Positions 1-9,919 of a stretch of DNA of 64,000 nt are shown in pieces. Position 1 is the first letter of the stretch. Every line of letters begins with the position of its first letter. A program made the position numbers and the translations under genes. Origin of the DNA: an uncultured Methylomirabilota bacterium. GTDB lineage: Bacteria > Methylomirabilota > Methylomirabilia > Methylomirabilales > 2-02-FULL-66-22. The notes under the pieces were generated by a model, which was not told where the DNA came from, ran no database searches, and saw only the letters and a list, made by a program, of their open reading frames with translations. The DNA is taken from positions 320,001 through 384,000 of the forward strand of contig CAWJSJ010000005.1 of the NCBI GenBank assembly GCA_963845565.1, read 5' to 3'.

Positions 1-121
1 CCAGTCGAGAGGGCTCGTCCGCCTGTCCCTGCCCTGCGACGGCGAGGAGTGCCCCGACAATTCCCGCCACGATCCATGGCCGACCGGCGCGGCGCTCTGG
101 ACTCCTTGGTCTCCGGACCGA

Positions 122-155
122 CGCGCGGGACACCGTCGGAGCGGTGTCCCGCGCG
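122..155. terminator. Perfect 14-bp GC-rich hairpin just downstream of the phosphatase gene (terminator or mRNA-stabilising stem-loop)
   Basis: CGCGCGGGACACCG-tcggag-CGGTGTCCCGCGCG; no clear U-tract. Confidence 0.5.
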
Positions 156-173
156 CAGCGGGATCGACCCACG

Positions 174-1917
174 TTACTTCCCCAGGCCCAGGGAAAGTGC
201 CATGACCCGGAAGACTTCCGTGTTCTCCATGAAACCGTGGATGTACTCCGATCCGGGTCCCATGGCCGTCAGGACCACATCTTCGCCCGTGTGGACGCCG
301 GTGCTGCTGTTGCGAGGCAGGATGCCGGTGCGGAAGACGGCGCCGGGGACGTTCTTGTACTGCTCGTTGGCCACGTAGTTCTTGTCGGGCGCCTGGATCG
401 CCGGTGTGAAGACCCCGTCCAGCTTGGGCCGGAAGGTCTCGTAGTGATCCGGGAAGTTGGCGAAGAAGATGGCGAGGCGTTTCGACACGTTCAGGTCGCC
501 CGGGTAGCCGTCGGCATCCGGCCGCGGATAATTGGGATAGCCGGCGTCGGCGTACACGCCGACCTTGTCGCGCATCTGCTCGCCCTTGGCATTATCGTCC
601 ACGGTGCCGACGATGGAGAGTCCGTGGCTGTGATCGGCCACGACCATGATGAGGGTGTCGTTGCGATCGGCGGCGAACTCCTTGGCCACCTTGACCGCGT
701 TATCGAGCATGATGGTGTCCATGACCGCCCGCTCCCAGTCCAGGGGATGGGAGTACTTGTCGATGTTCCCGGATTCCACCATCAGGAAGAAGCCCTCGGG
801 GCGGCGGGACAGGATGTCAATGGCCGCCTTCGTCTGGTCGACGAGGTCCGGCTGATCGGGGAACTTGTTCACCGTTCCCTTCTTGAGGAACTTGCGATCG
901 AGGACGCCGTCCATATTTCCGGTGTGGAAGAGGCCGAGAAGCTTCTGGGTGCCAGGGTTGGCCGCCGCGGCCCGCATCTCCTGATCGTTGGTGGCCAGGG
1001 TATACCCGGCCTGCCGGAACTTGGCGATGTAGTCCTCGTTGTCCTTGCGGCGCGAGCCGGGCGTGGATTTGCGGCAGGAAGTTGGCGGAACCGCCGCCCA
1101 TCAAGACATCCACGCCGCTTCCGTAGAATTGCTTCACGATCTCGTCGTAGTCGCTGCGTCGCCGGGTGTGGGCCACCATGGCAGCGGGCGTCGCGTCCTC
1201 CACCTCGGTGTTCGTGACGACCCCGACCGCCATGTTCAGCTTCCGCTTCACCAGGCTGCTGATCGTCTCGACCTTGGGATCGTCCAGGGTGTCCTTGGTC
1301 CGATCGGCGTACACCCCCAGCGCGTTGACGCTGGACTTGTGGCCCGTGGCATAGGCGGCGGCGGAGTTGGCCGAGTCGGTGATGACGGAGTCAACGCCGG
1401 AGGTTCCGACCAGCGCCATGCGGGGCATGGTATCCATGGCCAGGTCGCCGTGGTATTTTCCCTCGGCGATCCCCTTGGACAGGATGCGAGCCGCAGTCCG
1501 ATGCGCGACGCTCAGGCCGTCCCCGACGAAGAGAATCACGTTCTTGGCCGTGCGGGGGCGCTCTGCGGCGAAGACCTCCCAGGTCACCACTTGGGTAAAC
1601 TCCTTGCCGTCATGGGCCACCACGCGATAATACCCCGGTTGCGTCAGGACAACGTCTCGGAGGATGAGCGCTGATTTGTCTACATCCGGTTCCTTCTCTA
1701 CGAAGGTGGCGGTTCGCCCCAGGGTCAGGGCGTAATCGGCGCCATTGATCGTCACCTTGGCTTCGCCAGGTTTCAGGACGCGGTCAAATTCCACCTTGAA
1801 ATCGAACTTCGCGCCGGCCAGAATCGTGGCGCGATGCACGGGATAGACGGTCAGAGCGTCGGCGTGCGAAGTGACGGTAACAAGGAGTGCTATCGCGAAC
1901 AGCAATCGCGTCAACAT
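174..1917 (-). pseudogene. phoA: Alkaline phosphatase (PhoA family) with extra N-terminal domain, split by a +1 frameshift near 1068-1070
   Basis: Signal peptide; KNVILFVGDG, TDSANS (catalytic Ser), DATPAA, MVESGNIDKYSH, VADHSH and HTGEDV motifs across two frames; removing one A from CCGCAAATCC restores ...NFLPQSTPGSRRKD... Confidence 0.85.
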
Positions 1918-2018
1918 GCCTGGATCCTCCTGAACGCATGTCTCGCGCCCGCGATCGCCACCACGACGGGGGCGACGACGAGCATGAACAAGACTGCGCG
2001 CGTTAAGTGTCTGAACAT
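1911..2018 (-). CDS. 35-aa hydrophobic small ORF (MFRHLTRAVLFMLVVAPVVVAIAGARHAFRRIQAC) overlapping the phoA start
   Basis: GAGGA RBS upstream, one hydrophobic stretch, TGA overlapping the phoA start (ATGTTGA); below the ORF track cutoff. Confidence 0.45.
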   Translation of the reverse strand: MFRHLTRAVLFMLVVAPVVVAIAGARHAFRRIQAC

Positions 2019-2096
2019 GGGGGCATCCTCGAGATTCACAGGACGTTCCGACAGGGCGCTACCCGACATCCAGTTGGGGGATGCGGGCCGTCTCGG

Positions 2097-2321
2097 TCAT
2101 TCGCAGAACAGCGAGAGGTAGCGGCGTGCGACCACCCGGGCGCAGCGCGGGCACCAATACGCGAGCTCTGCAACCGGCCCCAACAGCCCATCCGCCTCGC
2201 GGGTCAGGGGTTCGGCGGGGATCAGGCAGTTCGGGCAGCGAGCGGGCCGAGCCGAGAGCCGGAGCAAAACCACGGCGCACGCGAGGCAACCGACCATCAG
2301 GCCAACCCAGAGCAAAGCCAT
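2097..2321 (-). CDS. Small membrane-anchored zinc-ribbon protein
   Basis: N-terminal hydrophobic helix followed by CPNC...CPRC. Confidence 0.6.
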   Translation of the reverse strand: MALLWVGLMVGCLACAVVLLRLSARPARCPNCLIPAEPLTREADGLLGPVAELAYWCPRCARVVARRYLSLFCE

Positions 2322-2378
2322 TCCGTTTCCATTCCCTCGCCGCCGCGAAAACGCGTTACGGCACACCGCACGGGCGCC

Positions 2379-2453
2379 ATTCTCGCCAGGATGTGTTACA
2401 GGTCGCTGACATTTCGGTGTGGTTTTCGCGACTTTTCGTGTTCCGGGTGTAAC
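2379..2453 (-). promoter_or_regulatory. Putative Pho box and -10 element for the zinc-ribbon/sORF/phoA operon
   Basis: Minus strand ATGTCAG-cgac-CTGTAAC, 10 nt, then GAGAAT; weaker 11-nt periodic repeats continue upstream. Confidence 0.55.
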
Positions 2454-2534
2454 TACTTCTGTCGGTGGTGCGTCTGCGGTATAGTGCAGAGAACAGGCGT
2501 CGGCGATGTGGGGTGCGGGAGAACAGGAGGCGCC

Positions 2535-2957
2535 ATGAGGGCTAAATTCAAGGCATGGGTGGTATTTGGCGACCGCGTGAAGTTCGGCCAGGGGCGGGCG
2601 GAACTCCTTCGCCTGATTGATGAGCTAGGTTCGATCAAGCAGGCGGTGGACCGGTTCGAGATGTCGTACCGGAACGCCTGGGGGTATCTGCGGGAACTGG
2701 AGAAGGCCGCGGGGTTTCGCCTGCTGGAAAGGCAACCGGGGGGAAGCCGGGCTTCCGGGACCAGGCTCACGGCCAAAGGGCGAGAATTTCTCGATCGGTA
2801 CGACCGATTCGAGCGGAGCCTCGAGGAGAGCGTCGCCCGGTGTTTCGACCGGACGTTCTCAGCGCCGCAGCGGCTTCGAGCGGGCGCCGTCAGCCACCGC
2901 GCCGGCAGCGTTGCGGGGATTCGAGGATCGCAAAGAGCGGTACGCCGGAAAACCTAG
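2535..2957 (+). CDS. modE: ModE-family winged-helix regulator (N-terminal DNA-binding domain only)
   Basis: FGQGRAELLRLIDELGSIKQA...MSYRNAWGYL...GG...LT; AGGAGG RBS; next to Mo/W genes. Confidence 0.85.
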   Translation: MRAKFKAWVVFGDRVKFGQGRAELLRLIDELGSIKQAVDRFEMSYRNAWGYLRELEKAAGFRLLERQPGGSRASGTRLTAKGREFLDRYDRFERSLEESVARCFDRTFSAPQRLRAGAVSHRAGSVAGIRGSQRAVRRKT

Positions 2958-3051
2958 ATTCCGCGTCAGGCGCGGCGTTCGATCGTGGAGACAACGGGGG
3001 CAACCGGCAGATGCGGCTGCCCCCGTTGTCTGTGGAGCGAGCGGACAGCGA

Positions 3052-4629
3052 TCAGCGATGCGTCTGCGCGCGACATATTTGGGCATGCTTGGCGCACAGC
3101 CGGTGGTGGTGGCAGAAGGGCGGCGGTGGGGCCGAGCCTTCCTCCTTGGCGATGTTCAAGAGGACGGACACCTCGTTCAGTGACCAGTAGACCTGCTTCT
3201 GCAGGTCGCAATCGGCAATCAGATCGTTGCTGTGGCGTGCAGGTTTCACGTAGCAGGCGTCGGTCTCTGGGAGGAGCTCCTTTTGCAGCGTGCGTAGGGC
3301 AAGCCCGTACCATCCCCGCTTGACCAGCCACTCGACCCCCTCGATTTGCCGGATCAAGAGTTCCTTGAACGCACGGTTCCGGAAATCCTTCTTGGATGCC
3401 GCCTCGAGAATCGACTCGATCGCGTCGAGCTTTTCGAGGATGTTCGGGACCGGATCGATGGCGCCATACACCACGATCTTGGCCTCATCCACATACGGCC
3501 AGCCGGCTTCCATCACATTGATATCGGTGGTGCCTTCGGGCAACGGCTCGACTCTGATGATGGTCATCGATCGGGTCGCGAATCCCGAGTTGTGGTCGGC
3601 ATTGACATCATACGGCCAGGGCACACTTTGATTGGCCGCCGTGGAACGCTGATCCGGAGGGCCAGGCAGCTTCTGCGGCGGCACGACCCGGAACGGCCCT
3701 TCGCCGTCGAGCTTGTTCTGTAGAGTCAACACTCCCGTGGTGAGGTTCTGTCCATCCCGCTTGATAGCCAAGAGCAACCTGAGGCCGTCCGGATTGACGA
3801 TGGGGTCGCCGTTGACCCTCCCGGCGGCAGACGGCGAATCGTACTTGCACCAGCCGGCGGAGTTGAGGGCCATGTCCGCGACGTTGTTGTAATAGTACGA
3901 GGCGCTCGGGTAATCGCCGAAGACATGATAGAGCCCGGGCGCGGGATCCGGATACAGCGGATGGTATTGCGAGAAGCCGTCCGGTGCGTACGCGGTTGTG
4001 CCGGTCGCGGAGCCGAGGAGTAGGTCATCGAGGAGGTCCTCCAGCGTGACTCCGCTGTACTGTGCGTAGAAGTCATCGGACTTGCTGGCGTTCATCAGCA
4101 GGAACTGGCTGTGTTGCGGTTTCTGGAGGAGTTGCTCGCGAGTGAACACGCGGTACGGCGCCGGCACCTTGGTTGGGTCGTCCGCCTTGTCCCCGGGGTA
4201 CCGAACCGCCGCGATCTCGTCGGCATTGATATAGCCGTCACCATCGGAATCCAGGCCGGCAATCGTCTGGACGGCGGCTGGGCTGCGTCCGGCGAGTAGG
4301 TAGTCCAGGCCATACGGGTTCAGGGTGGCTTCGAGGTTGGCCGGCGTGCTCTGTTTGCCATACTCCGTCTTGTAGTGGCACCACTGACAGCTTCCGAGGC
4401 TGACCGTTTTGCCATTGGACGTATACGAACCGCCGGTGTGGCACAGGTTGCAGCTATCGAGCTTGGTCCCGGCCTTGTCAGGGAAGACCGAAAGGAAGTG
4501 CCCCGAATCGATTTCCCCCATGTGGTGATACGCTGCCGTTACGGTTCCGACAGGAGAAAAGAATACAATGCCGACACCGATAAGGAGCACTGCAAGCCTC
4601 GTTTTCGAAAACCACCGCTTTCCGTCCAT
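3052..4629 (-). CDS. Secreted GEGP-motif diheme c-type cytochrome protein
   Basis: Signal peptide, CNLCH and CQWCH, DSDGDGYINADE Ca-binding-like loop, LDGEGPFRVVPPQ; AAGGAGG RBS. Confidence 0.8.
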   Translation of the reverse strand: MDGKRWFSKTRLAVLLIGVGIVFFSPVGTVTAAYHHMGEIDSGHFLSVFPDKAGTKLDSCNLCHTGGSYTSNGKTVSLGSCQWCHYKTEYGKQSTPANLEATLNPYGLDYLLAGRSPAAVQTIAGLDSDGDGYINADEIAAVRYPGDKADDPTKVPAPYRVFTREQLLQKPQHSQFLLMNASKSDDFYAQYSGVTLEDLLDDLLLGSATGTTAYAPDGFSQYHPLYPDPAPGLYHVFGDYPSASYYYNNVADMALNSAGWCKYDSPSAAGRVNGDPIVNPDGLRLLLAIKRDGQNLTTGVLTLQNKLDGEGPFRVVPPQKLPGPPDQRSTAANQSVPWPYDVNADHNSGFATRSMTIIRVEPLPEGTTDINVMEAGWPYVDEAKIVVYGAIDPVPNILEKLDAIESILEAASKKDFRNRAFKELLIRQIEGVEWLVKRGWYGLALRTLQKELLPETDACYVKPARHSNDLIADCDLQKQVYWSLNEVSVLLNIAKEEGSAPPPPFCHHHRLCAKHAQICRAQTHR

Positions 4630-4758
4630 CCTGTCCTCCTTGTGTGAGATGAAATTGCGGTCGGTGCGTTCTTACCCCGAAGGCGCCACCTCAACGTGGT
4701 AGCCTGAAATGACGCGAACCGATCGGGCGCATCATGCGATTTCCCGCCCCGGGCTCGA

Positions 4759-5142
4759 TCACGGGGTTCCGAAGAGCAGGTTTCCTTTGAAGTCCGTCGC
4801 GAACTGCCAAAGCGCGATCAAACGATCTGATCTCATCCCCAGTTCGACACGCAGGTAGTAGGCGCGCTCTGTCTGGGCCCACCTCTCACCCTGTCGGGCC
4901 AGGTGTCGCAATCGAGCTCTGAAGGCGCGGCCGTGCCCCACGGTTCCGATGTGACACATTTCATGGAGGAGGGTTTCGCGGACCTCCCGGGGAGTACAGA
5001 TCCAGATCGTGCGCGCTTCCTCCTCGATGAAGCCGCGCTCTCCGGTCCGAGGCGCGCATCTGCGCACCCGGTACTTTGGCAGCCGTCCATCGAAGAGGTC
5101 GGCGTTCAGGCGATCGAAAAGCGCATCCAGGTCAGTGTCCAT
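4759..5142 (-). CDS. SprT-like zinc metalloprotease domain protein
   Basis: LFDRLNADLFDGRLP...TLLHEMCH...GHGRAF. Confidence 0.75.
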   Translation of the reverse strand: MDTDLDALFDRLNADLFDGRLPKYRVRRCAPRTGERGFIEEEARTIWICTPREVRETLLHEMCHIGTVGHGRAFRARLRHLARQGERWAQTERAYYLRVELGMRSDRLIALWQFATDFKGNLLFGTP

Positions 5143-5193
5143 GATCAGGGTCTCCGTTGGCGAAACCGACTCTGGCTTGGCGTCGGGCGGATG

Positions 5194-7084
5194 TCACCAC
5201 GTGTCCCCAGGTTTCGCCGCCCACTCGATTCCCAGTTCGGCCAGCTTGGCGAACGTCGGCCAGCCGGTTTCGCGGTCCCACCCTTCCATCTGGTAGTAGA
5301 GGCGGAGGGCGTGCTGGAACAGCTCTGGCTCGACCCGGACATCCTTCAAGGGGCCGCTCGTGAAGGCCTCATGCAGTCGCTTGGGAAGTTGGTCATCTTT
5401 CGGGGTGAAGCCCTCGCGCGAGTTGAACACCCGAGCGAGAGCCTTGGATCGCTCGCCGACTTTGATCAGCTCCCACAGGCTGGTGTCCCAGCCCGTGAGG
5501 GCGCGCATGGCGTTGACGATCAGCGTGATCCCGACCGCGTTGCCCGGCGCCGAAGCCAGGTGGCACACGCCCACGCAACTGCACAGGGCCCACCAATGGC
5601 TGGCGTAATGAAACGCCCGCACCTTGCGGGGGCTCAGCTCCAGCTTCGACAGCGGTTCGGCCAGGCCGAGTGGCTCCAGGGCGTGCGCCCCCTGCGGGTG
5701 GAACCCCGCATAGGCCGGATCGTGGGGGGCACGCATGTGGTCCGCCCCGGCAGGCGCGGTGGCGTAGGCCAAGGACAGCCCCTGCTTCCCCCGCGGCTCG
5801 TGCATGGGGAGTTCCTGCTTCTTGACCGTCAGGGCGAATTGCTCGGCCCCCCGCCCGATCTGTTTCGCCGCGCGCTCCGACCCCAAGGCCAGCAGGTCGC
5901 CGAAGCCCTCTCGTTTGCCGATCTTCTCGGTGAGGGTCAGCATCGCCTCGGCGTTCCCGAACCGGAGGTCCAGTCCGTCGGTGTCGGCGGTGGTCAGGAT
6001 CCCGGTCTCGAAGCACTCCATGGCGAAGGCGATGGTCATCCCGACGGAGATCGTGTCCATCACGTACTCGCCGCAGATCTGATGGAACTTGGCGATGGCA
6101 CCGAGGTCGCCGACCCCACAGACCGAGCCGGCGGAGCCGATGGTCTCGTACTCTGGGCCCCCATACTTCGCGATGACCCCGCGCGCTGGCACGTCCACGT
6201 CGCGTTTGCACGCGATGGCGCAGGCGTAACAAGTGCCCTCATCGGTCAGGATCGTCTCCGCCATGGTCTGCCCGCTGATCTCCTTCGCGTGCTCGAACTG
6301 CCCCTCACGGAAGTTTCGAGTGGGAAGGATGCTGTCGGCGCTCATCGCCACCACGTTCCGTGAGGTGCCGAACTTGTGGAGCATGTCGGCGTTCCGGTTG
6401 TAGTGCTCACGGAACCATTTCAGACACGCCTGAAGCCCTTCCTTGTCCTTGGGCTCGATCCGGTCGTGGCCGCGGACCGCGATGGCCCGGAGCTTCTTGC
6501 TGGCCATGACGGCCCCCAATCCGCTCCGGCCATTGAAGTGTTTCAGCTCGTTCACGATATTGGCCATGAGGTTGCCGCGTTCACCGGCGATGCCGCACTG
6601 GAGGATGCGGGCCCGCTTGTCCGTCTCGGCCACGAGGAGATCCTGCACTTCGCCGGAGAGCTTGCCCCAGATGTGTGCGGCGTCGCGAATCTCCACGGTC
6701 CCGTCGCAGATCCACAGGTATACCGGCTTGGGCGACTGGCCCGTCACGATGATCCCGTCGAATCCGGCGAACTTCAGCTCCGGCCCCCAGTAGCCGCCCG
6801 CCTCCCCCTCGCCGTACCCGTCCGTCAGGGGCGACTTCGTGGCCACGCTGAACCGGGTCGTCCCCGCGAGCGGGATGCCGGTCAACGGGCAGGTTGCGAA
6901 AACCATGATGTTCTCCGGGCCAAGCGGGTCGACCCCCGGCGGAAGCTCCCGCACCAGGATGGAGGCAGCCATGGCGGCGCCGCCCATGATACAGGCGATA
7001 GGTCAACGCGGGGAATTCCTCGACGGTGGTCGTCCCCTCGGTCAAGTTCAGGCGGAGGTACTTTCCAGCAAAGGCACCCACCAT
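5194..7084 (-). pseudogene. aor: Tungsten-dependent aldehyde:ferredoxin oxidoreductase (AOR family), +1 frameshift near 6988
   Basis: N-terminus GKYLRLNL...YRLY continues in another frame as MGGAAMA; KSPLT, GRSGLGAVMASKKLRAI, CYACAIAC, GPEYET, DTIS, VKKQELPMHEPR motifs. Confidence 0.9.
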
Positions 7085-7177
7085 GCTCGATGTCTCCTTT
7101 TCTCCGGGAGTCTGTGGTGCGCAGGGCGAGGTCTACGAGGGGTCGTCTTTCGGCTTTGCCGGCGCCCCCCGCTAACC

Positions 7178-8563
7178 TCACCTGCCGTGCCTGGCCCAGT
7201 GGCTTCCGAAAATTGCGTTTTCGTCAGGAAGCACCGCCTCGATTGGCGTGGAGATCCAGGTGGTATTGATGAAATGCTTCCAGGTAATGTTCTCGCTGAC
7301 GATGTTGCCGCCCCACGTGCCGCACCCCAGTGTGAGAGAGAAGGGCATGCCGTTGACGTAGTCGCCGCTGTTGGCATAGCACTGCGGTTGGCGAACCATG
7401 ATGCGGCTGACGGACGCACACATCCCCAGTTCCCGGACGCGGTCATCCCGCGTGGTGTGGATGCTGCATGAGTGGCCGAGACCGCTATAGCCGGTGAGTT
7501 TCTGGACGTAGGCGATCGCTTCGGGAAACGCCCGGAACGTCCAGAGGGTCAAGACCGGGGAGAGCTTTTCCCCCGAGAACGGATCCAGCGGTCCGATAGC
7601 CTCGCCCCGAACCAGAAGGAAGCGGGTGCCTTCGGGAACGGAAAGCCCGGCGGCGGCCGCGATCTTTATGGCAGCCTGGCCGGGGACCTGCTTGTTGAGG
7701 TGCGCCCCGTCGGGCCACATGAAGCGCCGGAGACGCTCCCGCTCCAGGGGGCCACACAGGTGCCCTCCTTCGGCGGCAAAGCGGGTCAGCATCTCCTCGA
7801 GAATCGTCTCGTGGATGACGACGGAGTTTTCGCTGGAACAGGAGGTGGCATTGTCGAACGTCTTGCTCTGGACGATCTTATGGACGGCATCGGCAAGATC
7901 CGCCGTCTCGTCGACGATGCAGATCGAATTGCCGGCCCCGACACCGTACGCGGGGGTACCGCTCGAGTAGGCCGCCTTCACCATGGCGGCGCCGCCCGTG
8001 GCGACGATGAGGTCCACGGCCTGCATCAACTCCTGGGTCGTGGGAATCGACGGCTCGGCGATGCTCTGCACGAGGTCCTCGGGCGCGCCTACCTGCCGCA
8101 GAGCTGCGCGCATGTACCCGCAGGTCAGCGCGGCAGTCCGTTTGGCGGACGGGTGCGGGGCGAAGATGACGGCGTTCCGGCACTTGAGAATGGGCAAGCC
8201 GTTGCAGCAGATCGTCGACGACGCATTGGTCACCGGCGTAAGCGCCCCCACGACGCCCACCGGCTTGGCGAATTTGAGGAGGCCCCGGCGGCGATCCTCC
8301 CCGATGAGCCCCACCGTCTTTGCATCCTGGAGGTCGCGGAGCGTGCCCAAGGTCTTCTTGCGATGCTTGAGGACCTTGTCCTCGTAGATCCCCATGCCGG
8401 TCTCGTCGCACGCCAAGCGGGCGCAGGCCTCCGCGTGCTCGCGTCGGTAGACGGCCCACCCCACCGCCGCGACCATCTCATCAACCTGCGCTTGGGTCCA
8501 GGACTCCACCGCTGCTTGGGCGGCTCGGGCGCGAGCGACGAGGGCTTGTACGGAATCGGTCAT
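7178..8563 (-). CDS. Acylating (CoA-dependent) aldehyde dehydrogenase, SauS-like
   Basis: PVGVVGALTPVTN, ATGG, SKTFDNATSCSSEN (catalytic Cys), GEKLSPVL, GMPFSLTLGCGTWGGN; AAGGAG RBS. Confidence 0.85.
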   Translation of the reverse strand: MTDSVQALVARARAAQAAVESWTQAQVDEMVAAVGWAVYRREHAEACARLACDETGMGIYEDKVLKHRKKTLGTLRDLQDAKTVGLIGEDRRRGLLKFAKPVGVVGALTPVTNASSTICCNGLPILKCRNAVIFAPHPSAKRTAALTCGYMRAALRQVGAPEDLVQSIAEPSIPTTQELMQAVDLIVATGGAAMVKAAYSSGTPAYGVGAGNSICIVDETADLADAVHKIVQSKTFDNATSCSSENSVVIHETILEEMLTRFAAEGGHLCGPLERERLRRFMWPDGAHLNKQVPGQAAIKIAAAAGLSVPEGTRFLLVRGEAIGPLDPFSGEKLSPVLTLWTFRAFPEAIAYVQKLTGYSGLGHSCSIHTTRDDRVRELGMCASVSRIMVRQPQCYANSGDYVNGMPFSLTLGCGTWGGNIVSENITWKHFINTTWISTPIEAVLPDENAIFGSHWARHGR

Positions 8564-8579
8564 GGTCGACTCCTTGGCG

Positions 8580-9599
8580 TCACCACAGTCCGAGAATATC
8601 CGTGCTCCGTTCGTGCCGGTCCTCGGCGGTGCGCGGGTGAAATGGGTCTCGTTCACGTCGTGACCAATCGCGTGGCGCGCTGCGTATGTGCTCCCGCATC
8701 GCGCATTCGCACAGGTCGGGGTCGCGCAGTCGCAGAGCCGTCAGAATCCTGCGGTGGCCTTCCGCGGTCCGTCGGCAGGCGTCCCGTTCCGGCTGGGTAC
8801 CCTCGCTGTACCGAAACGCATATTGCCGCAGGGTGACCAATTGCTGATAGATACGGCACTTGTCGCTGATCAAGGCGTGGAGCGCATCGTGGAATCGGGC
8901 GTTCCAGCGGGAGATATCGCATAGGCCCCGTGACGCGACCGCCTCCTCGGTGCTCCGCACGATCTCTCCGAGCCGCTGAAACTGTTGCTCGGTCAAACGG
9001 TCACAAATGACACGCAGGGCGTACCCCTCCAGGACGGCTCGCAGGTCAACCAGTTCCTCCGCGTCCGTCTGCGAGTCGCGGGGAGCGGCGAACCCGCGCG
9101 TCGGGAGGGACGCGATCAGCCCTTCCGATTTGAGCTTGTGGAGGGCCTCCCGGATGGGGGTTCGGCTGATTCCGAGGTCTCTGGACAGCCGCTCTTCGGC
9201 AAGTCGCTGCCCCGGGGAGAACCGGCCGGACAGGACGAGGGCCTTCAGGCGCATGTACGCGTATTCCCTGGCAGGCGTCGCCTTGTGACGGGAAGGTCCG
9301 ATCGCCTCCCATTGCCCCTGACGGGGCCGGCGCCGGAGGCGGCGCGGAGCAATCTCTGCTTCGGGCGTTGGCACTGGGAGGACGATGACGACCGGATCCG
9401 AGACGTGAGGCAGGACGGCGAGGGGTGCGCGGTGTTCCCGCACGCCCTCTTCGCGGACTGCAGTTGCGGTCCCATTGTTGGATGCCGAGGATTCCATGAA
9501 TGCGGCCTGCCGGTTTTCCGTTCCCTTCGGGTGTTGCGAGGTTGAGCCGATGTCGCGGTGCTGGCGAGGGGTGAAGACGGATGGCCGTGGCATCACCAC
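8580..9599 (-). CDS. GntR-family regulator (FadR/FCD type); start codon uncertain
   Basis: GRFSPGQRLAEERLSRDLGISRTPIREALHKLKSEGL HTH plus FCD domain (NARFHDAL, EGHRRI). Confidence 0.85.
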   Translation of the reverse strand: MVMPRPSVFTPRQHRDIGSTSQHPKGTENRQAAFMESSASNNGTATAVREEGVREHRAPLAVLPHVSDPVVIVLPVPTPEAEIAPRRLRRRPRQGQWEAIGPSRHKATPAREYAYMRLKALVLSGRFSPGQRLAEERLSRDLGISRTPIREALHKLKSEGLIASLPTRGFAAPRDSQTDAEELVDLRAVLEGYALRVICDRLTEQQFQRLGEIVRSTEEAVASRGLCDISRWNARFHDALHALISDKCRIYQQLVTLRQYAFRYSEGTQPERDACRRTAEGHRRILTALRLRDPDLCECAMREHIRSAPRDWSRRERDPFHPRTAEDRHERSTDILGLW

Positions 9600-9617
9600 G
9601 CAGCGCGGGGGAGCCTA

Positions 9618-9635
9618 TATGCTTCGCAAAACATA
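9618..9635. promoter_or_regulatory. Putative ModE-type operator 1
   Basis: TATGCT-N6-AACATA; TATR-N10-CATA spacing resembles ModE boxes; lies between the divergent GntR and tupA genes. Confidence 0.4.
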
Positions 9636-9767
9636 ATCAAGAAAAAACATCTAAAGCCCCTTCCGGCTTTCTCAGTCGTCGGTAAGACGCGAGAGGCCGC
9701 GCGACACGGACGCGCGACCACATGGTGCTTGCGCTGCTTCGCGCGAGCCGCCAGGAAATCACTTGAC

Positions 9768-9785
9768 TATGCTCTCCGGAGCAGA
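9768..9785. promoter_or_regulatory. Putative ModE-type operator 2 overlapping a TTGACT -35 element upstream of tupA
   Basis: TATGCT-N6-AGCAGA, same half-site and spacing as operator 1. Confidence 0.4.
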
Positions 9786-9919
9786 TACAGATCAATACGC
9801 CGTGGTGCTGCCTGTCCGATTCTGGCGTCGGTGCGCATCCCGCACGATCCCCTCCGGTGGTCAGTGCGTGAAACACAGCAGGTATAGCGGTGTTGTCCTG
9901 ACGGAAAAGGGAGGCCTGG

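Noticed and set aside
1..133. Possible start of a secreted protein on the minus strand (…WIVAGIVGALLAVAGQGQADEP…)
   Set aside because: Truncated by the window edge, start codon unclear, too short to support
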